A DNA stretch of 60,640 nt, taken from contig CAZIVT010000003.1 of NCBI GenBank assembly GCA_964543075.1, positions 1-60,640 on the forward strand, given 5' to 3'. Position 1 is the first letter of the stretch, and every line of letters starts with the position of its first letter. Under the pieces are notes generated by a model. The model saw only the letters and a program-made list of their open reading frames with translations, did no database searches and was not told where the DNA came from. The translations under genes were made by a program, and so were the position numbers. This document shows, one piece after another, positions 1-10,260 of this stretch. Source of the stretch: an uncultured Candidatus Saccharibacteria bacterium. GTDB taxonomy: Bacteria > Patescibacteriota > Minisyncoccia > Phycocordibacterales > PALSA-1337.

Positions 1-165
1 AGGAGAGATTATTAACTTAACTCAGGTGTTCGGATTCGGGGGTGTGGGTAGGGTATGTGTCTGCTATATATTATATAAGAATACTATGTATAAGTCAATA
101 TTGCTACGAGCGCTCATCCACACATATTCATTTCAGGAAATATGAATCATGATATGATATATGCT

Positions 166-996
166 ATGGATATTACCAGTGACACAACCGCCACTACGAA
201 CTCTGGTCCACACAAGAAAGAGAAGATCCTCCTTATCGAGAGTGAGACTGTTTTTGCTGACAAGTTGGCTGACATGTTACGCAAGGATGGCTATGTGGTC
301 TATGTCGAAAAGGAGGGGGCCGCTGGGCTCAAAGCTATCTACGATCTCATGCCCCATCTCATCATGGTCGATGTGGTCTTGCCGGGCATGGATGGATATC
401 AGATATTGGAGAAGAAGGCTGCGGAGCCGCTTCTCACCAAGATCCCCGTCTTCTTGCTCTCGACTCAGGGTGTACCTATCAATATTCAGCGCATCCCACA
501 AGGATCAGTCAAGGAATACATCCTCGATCTCCATGCTGATCCTGTGCAAATCTGCACAAAGGTCGACGCGCTTTTTGGTCATCCTGCAGACGCTGTATCT
601 GGAACAGCCGCCACAGCCTCCTCGTCTGCAAAGAAGAAGGTCATGTGGGTCGAAGACGACAAGCTCATCGGCAGTATTCTCGCGCGCAAGCTCATCTCGT
701 TCGGATTCGATCTGACGCATGCTAGGGATGGCGATGAAGCGATCAAGATGCTATCGGAGGTGGATCCTGATGTGATCATCCTGGATCTGCTCGTTCCCGG
801 CATCGGCGGCTTCGATGTGTTGCAACGCATCAAAGCTACGCCGCGCCTTGCAAAAGTACCCGTCATGGTGCTCTCCAATCTCAACAAGCAGAGTGATATC
901 GATCGTGTGCGCATCCTCGGCGCAGACAAGTTCATGGTCAAGGCGGCCGCTTCTCTCGACCAGATCGTCATGGAGATCAAAGGCCTCTGCAAGTAA
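166..996 (+). CDS. Tandem two-receiver-domain response regulator without output domain
   Basis: Two REC folds. The second is intact (VEDD, ILD, LS, VK). The first has ES in place of the acidic pair and no conserved Lys. Start 166 chosen from TG-a-TATGAT 7 nt upstream; the ORF opens at 142. Confidence 0.85.
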   Translation: MDITSDTTATTNSGPHKKEKILLIESETVFADKLADMLRKDGYVVYVEKEGAAGLKAIYDLMPHLIMVDVVLPGMDGYQILEKKAAEPLLTKIPVFLLSTQGVPINIQRIPQGSVKEYILDLHADPVQICTKVDALFGHPADAVSGTAATASSSAKKKVMWVEDDKLIGSILARKLISFGFDLTHARDGDEAIKMLSEVDPDVIILDLLVPGIGGFDVLQRIKATPRLAKVPVMVLSNLNKQSDIDRVRILGADKFMVKAAASLDQIVMEIKGLCK

Positions 997-1057
997 GGCT
1001 AGAATTCAGGGAGGGTCGCTTGAAATCATCTCGAAAACGTGATACTATCCTGCCACT

Positions 1058-3661
1058 ATGTCGGCTGCCCGTAGACGCGCGATCACTTCAGGCGAAGACC
1101 ATATCGTCGTCAAGGGCGCACGTACGCACAACCTCAAAAATATCACCGTCTCCATGCCGCGCAACGCTATGATCGCGGTCACTGGCTTATCAGGTTCAGG
1201 AAAATCATCGTTTGCGTTCGATACTATCTTTGCCGAAGGACAGCGTCGGTACGTCGAGTCGCTCTCGGCGTATGCCCGCCAATTCCTCCACAAGATGCAA
1301 AAGCCCGATGTCGATGAGATATCGGGGCTTTCGCCGGCTATATCTATCGACCAGAAATCTCGGTCCAACAATCCCCGTTCGACAGTGGCCACCATCACTG
1401 AGATCTACGACTATCTGCGCATCCTCTTTGCCCGTATCGGCAAGCCGCATTGTCTCGTGTGCGGGCGCGGCATCCATCGTATCTCCAAGGAAGAGATCAT
1501 CTCCATCATCCTCAAGAATGTCTCCGCCAAGACCGAGCGAGCCAAGAGCGTCTATGGGATCGAGATCAAAGACGCGCGGATCAGGATATATGCCCCCATC
1601 GTCGTAGGTAGGAAAGGTGAGTACTATCAGATGCTCTATGACCTCCTCGGCAAAGGCTATGACCGTGTGCGCATCGACGGGATAGTCAAACGATTGCGCG
1701 ACCGCATCATCCTCGAGAAGAACAAGAAGCACGACATCGACGTGCTCGTCGATGAGATATTCGTGAGCGAGCTCCATGATCCGGCACAGGCCGACGGTGC
1801 TCGCGAACGCCTCTCCGAAGCTGTCGAGCGCTCGGTGCAGGAGGCCGATGGCCTCGTCAGGATCGAATACCCTGGGACAGCGAACGAGTCGCTCATGTCT
1901 GTCAAGTTCATGTGTCCGTACGATGGATTCTCCTATCCAGAGATAGAGCCTCGTCTGTTCTCGTTCAACTCTCCCTATGGCGCGTGCTCCGCGTGCAACG
2001 GCCTCGGTACAGAGGGCTTTTTCGCCGAAGAAGTCTGCAAGACATGCAAGGGCGCTCGTCTGAGAGAGGAGGCGCTCCATGTCACCATCAGCGGCAAGAA
2101 TATCGTCCAGAGCACGGCTATGTCTATCGAACATGCGATAGAATATTTCGATTCTATCGAGCTGACGCCCTCTGAACAGGAGGTCTCAAAAGTCGTGCTC
2201 AAGGAGATCCAGTCTCGTCTGGCATTCATGCTCAATGTCGGCATCGAATATCTCGCCCTCGATCGTCGTGCCAATACGCTCTCTGGCGGCGAGGCCCAGC
2301 GCATACGTCTGGCATCCCAGCTCGGATCGGGTCTCGTCGGCGCGCTCTATGTCCTCGATGAGCCGACTGTCGGTCTCCATCAGCGCGACAATGATCGCCT
2401 GATCGGTACGTTACTCAAGTTGCGCGATCTCGGCAATACCATCATCGTGGTCGAACATGATGAGGATACCATGTATGCTTCGGACTATATCGTCGATATC
2501 GGTCCTGGTGCCGGTGTCCACGGTGGACGCGTCGTCGTCTCTGGGTATCTCGACGAGCTGCTCTCTGCCAAGAAGAACACCTCAGGATCGCTCACGCTCG
2601 GCTATCTCCGAGGAGAAGAGAAAGTCCCTCTTCCTGCCACGCGCCGCAAGCCATCGGGCAAGATCATCATCCGTGGAGGCGCCGCTTTCAATATCAAAGA
2701 CATGAACGTCGAGGTCCCACTCGGATGCCTCGATGTCATCACAGGCGTGTCCGGATCAGGCAAATCATCCTTCATGTATGAGATCCTCCACCGCAATCTC
2801 TCCGCGAGGCTCGAGATGCGCCATCGGAGCGACAAGCCGGTGAATTGCAAGGAGTTCATAGGGTCTGAATACGTCGGCAGAGCCATATTGATCGATCAGA
2901 GTCCTATCGGCCGTACGCCGAGATCCAATCCAGCGACGTATACTGGGGCATGGACGCATATCAGGGACCTGTTTGCCGCGGAGCCCGAATCTCGCGCTCG
3001 TGGTTGGGGTCCTGGGAGGTTCTCATTCAATCGTCCTGGCGGCAGATGCGAAGCGTGTGAGGGTAACGGAGAGATCGCCGTCGAGATGCATTTCTTGCCG
3101 ACAGTCTATGTCACGTGCGATGTCTGCGGAGGCAAGAGGTTCACCAAGGAGACGCTCGAGGTCCACTATCGCAAGAAGAATATCCATGAGGTTCTCGAAC
3201 TGACCATCGAAGAGGCATTGAAATTCTTCGAGGATATACCCGCGGTCGAGGATCGCCTCAGGACGCTCATGGATGTCGGACTCGGCTATATCAAGCTCGG
3301 TCAGGCGGCCACCACGCTCTCCGGCGGCGAGGCACAGCGCGTCAAGATATCGTCCGAGCTCTATCGTGCCCATGTTCAGAAGACTATCTATCTCCTGGAT
3401 GAGCCCACAGTCGGCCTTCACTATGAGGACGTCAAGAGGCTGATCGAAATACTCCAGAAGCTGGTAGACAAAGGGAATACCGTCGTCGTCATCGAGCACA
3501 ATCTGGACCTGATAAAGAGCGCGGACCATGTGATCGATATAGGTCCCGAAGGTGGCGAGCGAGGAGGAAAGCTGGTCGCTCATGGCACGCCGGAACAGGT
3601 TGCTGCCAATACAAAGAGCTATACAGGGAGATATCTGAAGAAAATACTCAAACGCAAGTGA
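1058..3661 (+). CDS. uvrA: Excinuclease ABC subunit A
   Basis: GARTHNLKN, two Walker A motifs ([16 protein letters not shown]), two LSGGEAQR signatures, Zn fingers. Confidence 0.98.
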   Translation: MSAARRRAITSGEDHIVVKGARTHNLKNITVSMPRNAMIAVTGLSGSGKSSFAFDTIFAEGQRRYVESLSAYARQFLHKMQKPDVDEISGLSPAISIDQKSRSNNPRSTVATITEIYDYLRILFARIGKPHCLVCGRGIHRISKEEIISIILKNVSAKTERAKSVYGIEIKDARIRIYAPIVVGRKGEYYQMLYDLLGKGYDRVRIDGIVKRLRDRIILEKNKKHDIDVLVDEIFVSELHDPAQADGARERLSEAVERSVQEADGLVRIEYPGTANESLMSVKFMCPYDGFSYPEIEPRLFSFNSPYGACSACNGLGTEGFFAEEVCKTCKGARLREEALHVTISGKNIVQSTAMSIEHAIEYFDSIELTPSEQEVSKVVLKEIQSRLAFMLNVGIEYLALDRRANTLSGGEAQRIRLASQLGSGLVGALYVLDEPTVGLHQRDNDRLIGTLLKLRDLGNTIIVVEHDEDTMYASDYIVDIGPGAGVHGGRVVVSGYLDELLSAKKNTSGSLTLGYLRGEEKVPLPATRRKPSGKIIIRGGAAFNIKDMNVEVPLGCLDVITGVSGSGKSSFMYEILHRNLSARLEMRHRSDKPVNCKEFIGSEYVGRAILIDQSPIGRTPRSNPATYTGAWTHIRDLFAAEPESRARGWGPGRFSFNRPGGRCEACEGNGEIAVEMHFLPTVYVTCDVCGGKRFTKETLEVHYRKKNIHEVLELTIEEALKFFEDIPAVEDRLRTLMDVGLGYIKLGQAATTLSGGEAQRVKISSELYRAHVQKTIYLLDEPTVGLHYEDVKRLIEILQKLVDKGNTVVVIEHNLDLIKSADHVIDIGPEGGERGGKLVAHGTPEQVAANTKSYTGRYLKKILKRK

Positions 3662-3702
3662 TGCTTCTCTGGTGCGAAGAGAATGCGTATTCTCCGTATA
3701 TC

Positions 3703-3730
3703 AAAAAAACCGGACGTTGATACGTCCGGT
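3703..3730 (-). terminator. Intrinsic terminator between convergent genes
   Basis: 9-bp stem ACCGGACGT/ACGTCCGGT with an A7 tract on the left (U tract on the minus strand). Confidence 0.7.
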
Positions 3731-3758
3731 CTGCATGTCGTCCGAACAAACTCGCTAG

Positions 3759-4238
3759 CTAGATGACATCATCCCACTGACGTCGTCCTTTGATGCCCTT
3801 GATCTTGTCGGTCGCAACTGACGATATCCATCTGCAGATAGAGATCGCCGTTTCTATGACGAGTACTGCAGTGAATATGAGCCACACTATCGCCACCGAA
3901 GGAACAGAGCTCAAGATGGCGCTGATGCCGAGCAGTATGCAGATGATGAGGAGGGCCCAACGCAGGCGCTCACGGGGCGATGCTCGGGTCAGCACGCTCA
4001 CCTGGAGCTTTACGTAGAGGATTATGCCGGTTGCTCCCATGGCGGCTATTGCGAGGATGCAGAACATCGTCGTAGCGAGAGGTTTGATCCGGAATACGAT
4101 ACCGATGATGAGCAGGGCTAGCACCGTACCTATCGTGCAGAGCCATGTGACGTAACCCGCGTATTCGCTCCGCGCCGAGGGATAGCCGTCGTGCGCGCGG
4201 TCGAAGTCTTTTCTGATGGATCGTGTGAGTCGAGCCAT
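3759..4238 (-). CDS. Hypothetical integral membrane protein (~4 TM)
   Basis: Four hydrophobic stretches; AAGGAG SD-like site 6 nt before ATG 4238. Confidence 0.7.
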   Translation of the reverse strand: MARLTRSIRKDFDRAHDGYPSARSEYAGYVTWLCTIGTVLALLIIGIVFRIKPLATTMFCILAIAAMGATGIILYVKLQVSVLTRASPRERLRWALLIICILLGISAILSSVPSVAIVWLIFTAVLVIETAISICRWISSVATDKIKGIKGRRQWDDVI

Positions 4239-4308
4239 ATGCATCTCCTTTCTGTCGTTTGGTTGTGGATGATTGAATGAACGCCGCATATACTGTACTA
4301 TCCATCCT

Positions 4309-5547
4309 ATGAATCGTCAAATGCTCACACGACTCGATCTGCCCGATACTCCCGGCGTCTACACGTTCGTGGATGCGCGAGGCAGGCCGCTCTATATCGG
4401 CCGAGCCACGTCGCTCCGCGACCGCGTCAGGAGCTATTTTTCCGCGGATCTCATAGATGGGCGCGGACCGCGCGTCGTCGATATGGTGACGAAGGCCAAG
4501 ACTGTCCGATGGCAGGAGACCGGCTCTGTGCTTGAGGCGATCCTGCTCGAGAGCAGGCTCATCAAGCGTTATCAGCCGCACTACAACGTGGATGAGAAGG
4601 ATGACAAGAGTTCGCAGTATGTGATCATCACTGATGAATCTTGGCCGCGGGTGTTCCTCGTCCGTGCGCGCGATTTCGACCAGTACAAGAAAGACGACAA
4701 GCTTCCATATCCGGTCAAGCGGATCTTTGGCCCATATCCGCATGGTGGCCTCATCAAGGAAGCGCTCAGGATACTTCGCAAGATGTTCCCATTCAAGGAC
4801 AAGAAGTCGTTCGACGCACGTCATGATGCGTTCTACCGCGCGCTCGGCAGGTCTCCACAGGATGATAGTGTGGATGCTCGTCGACGGTATCGTCGCTCTA
4901 TAGACGATCTGATCTTATTCTTCGAGGGCAAGAAAGACGTGGTCAAACGTCGGTTGGAGCGAGAGATGAAGTCGCATGCCGTGACTCTGCGCTTCGAGGA
5001 GGCTGGTGCATGCAAAAAGACGCTCTATGCCATAGACCATATCAATGACATCGCTCTCATCAAAGGAGATAGGAGGCAGAGGAGGGATCAGCCATCCGAA
5101 GGGTTCCGTATGGAAGCGTATGATGTCGCGCATCTCTCCGGTACGGATGTCGTCGGTGCTTTCGTCGTATCCATCGATGGGGAATCAGACGCATCCCAGT
5201 ATAGAAAGTTCAAGATATCCTATCAGAAGAACGACGACCTGCGCGGCCTCTCGGAGATCCTCGAGCGTCGCCTCAATCATCCTGAGTGGCCCTATCCTGA
5301 TCTGATCATCGTCGACGGAGATGAGAGGCATCTATTACGCGCTAGCGACATCCTCAAAGCTCGACGGATATCTATCCCTATCGTCGCTGTTACCAAGGAC
5401 GATCGCCACAAGGCCGTGCGCATCATCGGGGATGCTCGGATCATCGAAAAGGGCAGGGGAGACATCATCGCGCTCAACGCTGAGGCGCATCGATTCGTCA
5501 TAGCCTACCACAGGAACAAGAGGAGGAATCGCCTACGACCCTGGTAG
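4309..5547 (+). CDS. uvrC: UvrC-like excinuclease (GIY-YIG + RNase H-like domain, no C-terminal HhH)
   Basis: PGVY...LYIGRATSLRDRVRSYF, EAYDVAHLSG, PDLIIVDG; TACTAT 7 nt before ATG 4309. Confidence 0.88.
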   Translation: MNRQMLTRLDLPDTPGVYTFVDARGRPLYIGRATSLRDRVRSYFSADLIDGRGPRVVDMVTKAKTVRWQETGSVLEAILLESRLIKRYQPHYNVDEKDDKSSQYVIITDESWPRVFLVRARDFDQYKKDDKLPYPVKRIFGPYPHGGLIKEALRILRKMFPFKDKKSFDARHDAFYRALGRSPQDDSVDARRRYRRSIDDLILFFEGKKDVVKRRLEREMKSHAVTLRFEEAGACKKTLYAIDHINDIALIKGDRRQRRDQPSEGFRMEAYDVAHLSGTDVVGAFVVSIDGESDASQYRKFKISYQKNDDLRGLSEILERRLNHPEWPYPDLIIVDGDERHLLRASDILKARRISIPIVAVTKDDRHKAVRIIGDARIIEKGRGDIIALNAEAHRFVIAYHRNKRRNRLRPW

Positions 5548-5620
5548 TTCATGATCGGGCGCCAGGTGTCGAAAGTACGTGGCTTTAGGATTTATGGATT
5601 ATATTGCTATAATATAATCT

Positions 5621-6616
5621 ATGTCTCCTCTCATCAGGGTCGGTGTCTTGCGTGGCGGACCAAGCGCGGAACATGAAGTTTCGCTCCAATCGGGCGCTCA
5701 CGTGCTCGATGTGCTCCGACGACGCCTAGACACAAAGTATCACCCGACTGATATCCTCATAGACAAGCGCGGCGTATGGCACATAGATGGTCTCCCTGTC
5801 GATCCTGTCCGTCTCCACTCCTCTGTCGATGTTGTGTTCAATGCGCTCCATGGTTCATATGGGGAAGATGGCAAGATCCAGAGCATTCTAGAAACCCACC
5901 ACATCCCGTTCACAGGGTCAGGTTCCCTAGGTTCGGCCGTCGGGATGAATAAGCTCCTCACCAAGCAAGCATTCGCGGCTCACGGCATCAAGAGTCCCTA
6001 CGCAAAAGAGGTCGATGCTGATGGGATTCTTAGTGATGCACAGGAAATAGCGCACACCCTCTTTCGTTTATTCCTTTTACCAGCCGTAGTCAAGCCTGCA
6101 TCCAGCGGCTCATCTGTCGGAGTTTCAGTGGTCAGATCGTTCGCTGAGCTTGTCCCGGCGCTTCGACAAGCAGCCGCCCATGGAGGGACTGTCATCATCG
6201 AGGAGTTCATCCCCGGCACCGAGGCCACCTGCGGCGTCATCGAAGGATTCCGCGGACATGACCTCTATACCTTGCCTCCAGTGGAGATCAGGCCGCACGC
6301 TGGATTTTTTGACTATGAAGCCAAATACGCCGGCAAGTCCCAGGAGATCGTTCCCGCTACTTTCTCTGAGCACATCAAGCGTTCCTTGGAGGGATTGGCC
6401 GCCACGATCCATCGTTCGCTCGGGCTCCGGCACTATTCGCGGTCTGATTTCATCATCCATCCACGTCGTGGCATCTATGTGCTCGAGGTCAATACACTAC
6501 CTGGCCTGACAGGGGAGTCTCTCATGCCTAAAGCTTTGCGCGCTGTTGGCAGTGATACACATGAGCTGATCGACCATGTCATCAGGCTGGCGGTCGGCCA
6601 GAGGTTCAACCTCTAG
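5621..6616 (+). CDS. ddl: D-alanine--D-alanine ligase
   Basis: GGPSAEHEVSLQSG, ALHGSYGEDG, GSSVGV, FFDYEAKY, LEVNTLPGLT. Confidence 0.95.
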   Translation: MSPLIRVGVLRGGPSAEHEVSLQSGAHVLDVLRRRLDTKYHPTDILIDKRGVWHIDGLPVDPVRLHSSVDVVFNALHGSYGEDGKIQSILETHHIPFTGSGSLGSAVGMNKLLTKQAFAAHGIKSPYAKEVDADGILSDAQEIAHTLFRLFLLPAVVKPASSGSSVGVSVVRSFAELVPALRQAAAHGGTVIIEEFIPGTEATCGVIEGFRGHDLYTLPPVEIRPHAGFFDYEAKYAGKSQEIVPATFSEHIKRSLEGLAATIHRSLGLRHYSRSDFIIHPRRGIYVLEVNTLPGLTGESLMPKALRAVGSDTHELIDHVIRLAVGQRFNL

Positions 6617-6626
6617 GTGATTTCCT

Positions 6627-6821
6627 ATGAAGAACACGAAACGTAGCGGCAAGACCGGGACTATGGGCTCGAAGTCTCTCGAACGATTCATGCATTTCCA
6701 GTGTGGCTCCTGCCGCAAATGGTGGGGCATCGGCGACGCTCCCGCTCGCAAGAAATGGTACTGCCCCTGGTGCGCGACCAAGCAGTCGTTCGTGGATAAG
6801 ACACCGAGGGATATTGGTTGA
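6627..6821 (+). CDS. Small zinc-ribbon protein (CxxC...CxxC)
   Basis: FQCGSCRKWW...WYCPWCAT motif, 64 aa. Confidence 0.6.
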   Translation: MKNTKRSGKTGTMGSKSLERFMHFQCGSCRKWWGIGDAPARKKWYCPWCATKQSFVDKTPRDIG

Positions 6822-6823
6822 TG

Positions 6824-6896
6824 TGGACCCGAGGAGATTCGAACTCCTGACCTCCGCTTTGCAAAAGCGGCGCTCTACCAACTAAGCTACGGGCCC
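6824..6896 (-). tRNA. tRNA-Ala(TGC)
   Basis: Cloverleaf; anticodon arm CCGCT-TTTGCAA-AGCGG; G3:U70; TTCGAAT T-loop. Confidence 0.96.
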
Positions 6897-7131
6897 GCGA
6901 AGCCATCACAGCATACCCGAAACAGCTTGATAATTCAACGTACATGGTATAATGACCGAAAGGTCGCTTTATAAGCCCGCTAATTTATCTATACAAATTA
7001 TGGGAGAAGCACCAGTATGCTCCGCATGCGGACATGAGCACATGGACAAGAAGTGCGAATGCGGATGCGAGACTCAACAATAACAGCAAGGTCCGTAGGC
7101 ATAGCATGTCTACTGATCATCTGAGATAACC

Positions 7132-7159
7132 AAAAACCGTCCTTTGAAGGACGGTTTTT
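7132..7159. terminator. Bidirectional intrinsic terminator
   Basis: AAAAACCGTCCTT-TG-AAGGACGGTTTTT palindrome downstream of the DUF378 gene. Confidence 0.8.
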
Positions 7160-7176
7160 GGTACGAACGTGTCGTA

Positions 7177-7398
7177 TTACATGGTCGGAGCTGCGGAAGA
7201 GGACGTAGCACAATCCTTGCAGGACTTCTTGTGGGTGAAGATGAGCAAGAGAGCAGAGAGGCCGACGAGGATGTAGACGATCTTGGCGATGACTGTGCCG
7301 AGATAGGCGACAACATCGACATTGGCGATACCGATGATGCCCCAGTTGAGGCCGCCGATCACGACGAGGATAAACGCAATGGTGTGTAATGCTTTCAT
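7177..7398 (-). CDS. DUF378 family small membrane protein
   Basis: ILVVIGGLNWGIIG...IVYILVGLSAL family pattern. Confidence 0.9.
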   Translation of the reverse strand: MKALHTIAFILVVIGGLNWGIIGIANVDVVAYLGTVIAKIVYILVGLSALLLIFTHKKSCKDCATSSSAAPTM

Positions 7399-7531
7399 GA
7401 TGTTATGGACGCTCTATGAGCGTCTGAGTTACTTAGTAATTACGTACTTAATGGTCCTACCGATAAGTATATCAACCCCTCACCCAATAGGGTATTTGAG
7501 TTATACACAGGGGGTGGAAATCGATCATATG

Positions 7532-7602
7532 TGGACCTAGGGGGAATCGGACCCCCGCCTCGGCAATGCGAATGCCGCGTCGTACCACTAGACTATAGGC
7601 CC
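7532..7602 (-). tRNA. tRNA-Ala(CGC)
   Basis: Anticodon arm CGGCA-TTCGCAT-TGCCG; G3:U70; T-loop reads TCCGATT. Confidence 0.92.
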
Positions 7603-7627
7603 CAGCTCACTGCACCCCTCACTTCGT

Positions 7628-7698
7628 TCGGGCTGCCGGGAATCGAACCCGGACCGCATCCACCCCATGGATGTATACTACCACTATACTACAGCCCG
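7628..7698 (-). tRNA. tRNA-Pro(GGG)
   Basis: CGGGCTG/CAGCCCG acceptor; anticodon arm CATCC-ATGGGGT-GGATG. Confidence 0.93.
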
Positions 7699-7847
7699 CC
7701 TTCGGTTCGCCGGAGCGAACCTTCGGCGAGGCAATGCCCGCGTGAAGTATATTGTTCGCGAAGACGACCCTTCCGTACTACCGCATCAGCTTACTCTATT
7801 TTTGAAATTTCCTCAAATATATGCTAGATTTCATCAGTTGCGCGTTG

Positions 7848-7920
7848 GGGCCATTAGCTCATCTGGTAGAGCGCACCCATGGCATGGGTGAGGTGACCGG
7901 TTCGAGTCCGGTATGGTCCA
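7848..7920 (+). tRNA. tRNA-Ala(GGC)
   Basis: Anticodon arm CACCC-ATGGCAT-GGGTG; G3:U70. Confidence 0.95.
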
Positions 7921-7927
7921 CACAAAT

Positions 7928-7998
7928 CGGGGTGTAGTATAGTGGTAGTATACACGCTTCGGGTGCGTGAGGTCCGAGTTCGATTCTCGGCACCCCGA
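7928..7998 (+). tRNA. tRNA-Pro(CGG)
   Basis: CGGGGTG/CACCCCG acceptor; anticodon arm CACGC-TTCGGGT-GCGTG. Confidence 0.94.
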
Positions 7999-8009
7999 CA
8001 AATAAGTAG

Positions 8010-8083
8010 GCACCCTTAGCTCAGTTGGCTAGAGCGCACCCTTCACACGGGTGAGGTCATAGGTTCGAGCCCTATAGGGTGCA
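8010..8083 (+). tRNA. tRNA-Val(CAC)
   Basis: GCACCCT/AGGGTGC acceptor; anticodon arm CACCC-TTCACAC-GGGTG. Confidence 0.95.
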
Positions 8084-8145
8084 CCGATCTTCTCCGTGCT
8101 ATCAACAGTTGCGTCACATATCCATCTGCGATAGCATTGCCGTCT

Positions 8146-8340
8146 ATGGGAAATGCCATTGCTGAAGTCTTGACCGCCCTTTTCGACGTCTGGAAGGAGA
8201 TGTTCTCGGCCATATTTGGATTGATCCCCAAAGCCCTATCTTTCATCCTCTGGATACTTATCGGTATCATCGTATTGCCGTGTGTTTTTGTAGCCGCCAA
8301 CATCTTTCCCAAGTGGACCGAGTGGGGAGAAGGGTTTTGA
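8146..8340 (+). CDS. Small hypothetical membrane protein
   Basis: 64 aa amphipathic/hydrophobic helix pair ending KWTEWGEGF. Confidence 0.65.
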   Translation: MGNAIAEVLTALFDVWKEMFSAIFGLIPKALSFILWILIGIIVLPCVFVAANIFPKWTEWGEGF

Positions 8341-8396
8341 AGGATTGAAAGTTTACAATGAAAGATTGAAAGTTGGATGCCCGCTTTTAACTTTTC

Positions 8397-8414
8397 ATCC
8401 CGCCTTGGCGAGAT
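8397..8414. repeat. REP-like palindrome, family 1 (intergenic copy)
   Basis: ATCCCGCC-TT-GGCGAGAT, one mismatch to the consensus. Confidence 0.8.
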
Positions 8415-8439
8415 AGATTTTTCGCTGTAAACTAGCCCC

Positions 8440-9909
8440 ATGCCCCCCTCTGACTCCCAGAACAAAGCCCCTATAGCCGCTTCTTCGCTTCATCCGACTA
8501 TTTTCGTCATTTTCGGTATCACAGGGGATCTCGCTTCCCGTAAACTCATCCCAGCCTTGCTTGAGCTCTATTCCAAGCGGCTTTTACCGCAACGATTCTC
8601 CATCGTCGGATTTTCCCGGAGAGTCTTTACGCGCGAAGAATTCAGAGAATATATCCGTTCTCGCATGAATGTGAAGCTCGGTCAGTATCACGAGGAAGAC
8701 GTCAAGCACTTCCTCGACCATATGTCCTACGAACAGGGCATATTCGACGATGTCGGATCCTATGCGCGGTTGGCCGCCAAGCTCAAGGGTATCGACGAGC
8801 GTTGGGGCCAGTGTTCCAACAAGCTTTTCCATCTCTCGGTACCACCGACGCTCTACGAAGGCATCCTGCGCAATCTGGCAGGCTCAGGGCTGGCTGAGGC
8901 ATGCGATGATGGTAGCGGATGGACGCGCGTGCTCATCGAGAAGCCGTTCGGCAATGATATCGAGACCGCTCGTAGCCTAGACAAGCTCCTCGGGTCACTC
9001 TTCGAAGAGCAACAGATATTCCGTATCGACCACTACTTGGCCAAGGAAGTCTTGCAAAACATCCTGTCTTTCCGCTTTTCCAACTCGATGTTCGAACCTC
9101 TCTGGAATAGGCAGTACATCGATAAGGTCCACATCAAGCTATTCGAGAAAGCAGGCGTCGATGGGAGAGGCGCTTTCTATGATCCTGTCGGCGCGCTCAG
9201 GGATGTAGGGCAAAACCACATGCTGATGATGTTGTCGGCTATCGCCATGGAAGCTCCGCGGTCCTTTGCGGCTGATGGCATCCGCGCAGAGCGCGGACGA
9301 GTCCTGTCCAAGATCAGACCGATATCTCCACGATCTATGGGCAAGCAGGTAGTCCGTGGTCAGTATGCGGGCTATATGCGAGAACAGGGCGTCTCTCCGA
9401 CGTCGCAGACTGAGACCTATTTCCGGATCCAATCATTCGTCGATTCACCGCGATGGAAGGGCGTCCCATTCTATCTCGAGAGCGGCAAGGCGCTCGCGGA
9501 GTCCAAGGCGGAGATCGATGTGTACTTCAAGCAAAGTCAAAATTCAAAATTATCCCGCCAAGGTGGGACAGGCAAAAGTCAAAAAGAAGCGCAGGAAAAT
9601 CGACAAAATATTCTCACATTCCGTATTCAGCCCGACGAGGGCATCCGCGTGCGCTTCTTCGTGAAGGTTCCGGGATATGATTTCAAGACCGAGTCCAAGA
9701 CGCTCAAATTCAAGTACGCTGATTCGACATTTTCTGATGATATTCCGAACGATTATGAGCGTCTCATCCGCGATGCTTTCGTTGGCGATCAGACACTGTT
9801 CGCTTCCACAGATGAGATCATGGCCTCGTGGAAATTCATGATGCCGATACTCGATAATCTCAAGAATATCCCGCTGACGTTGTATGAGAAAGGGGCGGGG
9901 GAAGTGTAG
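8440..9909 (+). CDS. zwf: Glucose-6-phosphate 1-dehydrogenase, with in-frame palindrome insertion
   Basis: IFGITGDLASRKLIP, EKPFG, RIDHYLAKE, RDVGQNH, RIQPDEG. Confidence 0.95.
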   Translation: MPPSDSQNKAPIAASSLHPTIFVIFGITGDLASRKLIPALLELYSKRLLPQRFSIVGFSRRVFTREEFREYIRSRMNVKLGQYHEEDVKHFLDHMSYEQGIFDDVGSYARLAAKLKGIDERWGQCSNKLFHLSVPPTLYEGILRNLAGSGLAEACDDGSGWTRVLIEKPFGNDIETARSLDKLLGSLFEEQQIFRIDHYLAKEVLQNILSFRFSNSMFEPLWNRQYIDKVHIKLFEKAGVDGRGAFYDPVGALRDVGQNHMLMMLSAIAMEAPRSFAADGIRAERGRVLSKIRPISPRSMGKQVVRGQYAGYMREQGVSPTSQTETYFRIQSFVDSPRWKGVPFYLESGKALAESKAEIDVYFKQSQNSKLSRQGGTGKSQKEAQENRQNILTFRIQPDEGIRVRFFVKVPGYDFKTESKTLKFKYADSTFSDDIPNDYERLIRDAFVGDQTLFASTDEIMASWKFMMPILDNLKNIPLTLYEKGAGEV

Positions 9910-9912
9910 GGG

Positions 9913-9990
9913 AAATCCGAAATCCGAAATTCTAAATCCTAAATAAGCTCAAAATTCGAAATCCGAAATCGCGGCAGGTTTCGGTTTTTT
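9913..9990. repeat. AAATCCG-type heptamer tract
   Basis: aaatccg aaatccg aaattct aaatcct ... aaattcg aaatccg aaatcg directly after the zwf stop. Confidence 0.8.
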
Positions 9991-10023
9991 GTATATCAGA
10001 TGCATACATGCACAGCACGTTTT

Positions 10024-10113
10024 CTCGTAGCGACCGAGGACTGTCTGAGCGAGTAAAAAATACCGCGCTTCTGGGGCGCGGTATTTCACGAGCGAGTTCC
10101 GCAGGTCGCGGAG
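10024..10113. repeat. Structured repeat, family 2 (GCGAGTTCCGCAGGTCGCGGAG) with internal 11-bp hairpin
   Basis: 22 nt identical in inverted orientation to 25872..25893; AAATACCGCGC/GCGCGGTATTT hairpin. Confidence 0.75.
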
Positions 10114-10144
10114 AGAATACCGTGCTGTGCTCGGTGTATTTTTG

Positions 10145-10220
10145 TTATCCACAACCTCCATTGCACGACTTTTTTGGCAAAGTGGGATATAATATCCATC
10201 AAGTGGGATGAAGTGGTAAA
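10145..10220 (+). promoter_or_regulatory. mraZ promoter: DnaA box, -10 TATAAT and MraZ-type GTGG(G) direct repeats
   Basis: TTATCCACA 10145-10153; TATAAT 10188-10193; AAGTGGGAT at 10180 and 10201, AAGTGGT at 10211. Confidence 0.7.
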
Positions 10221-10260
10221 TTACTAGTAACATCACTTCACCTCCCGCGCACAATTACCA

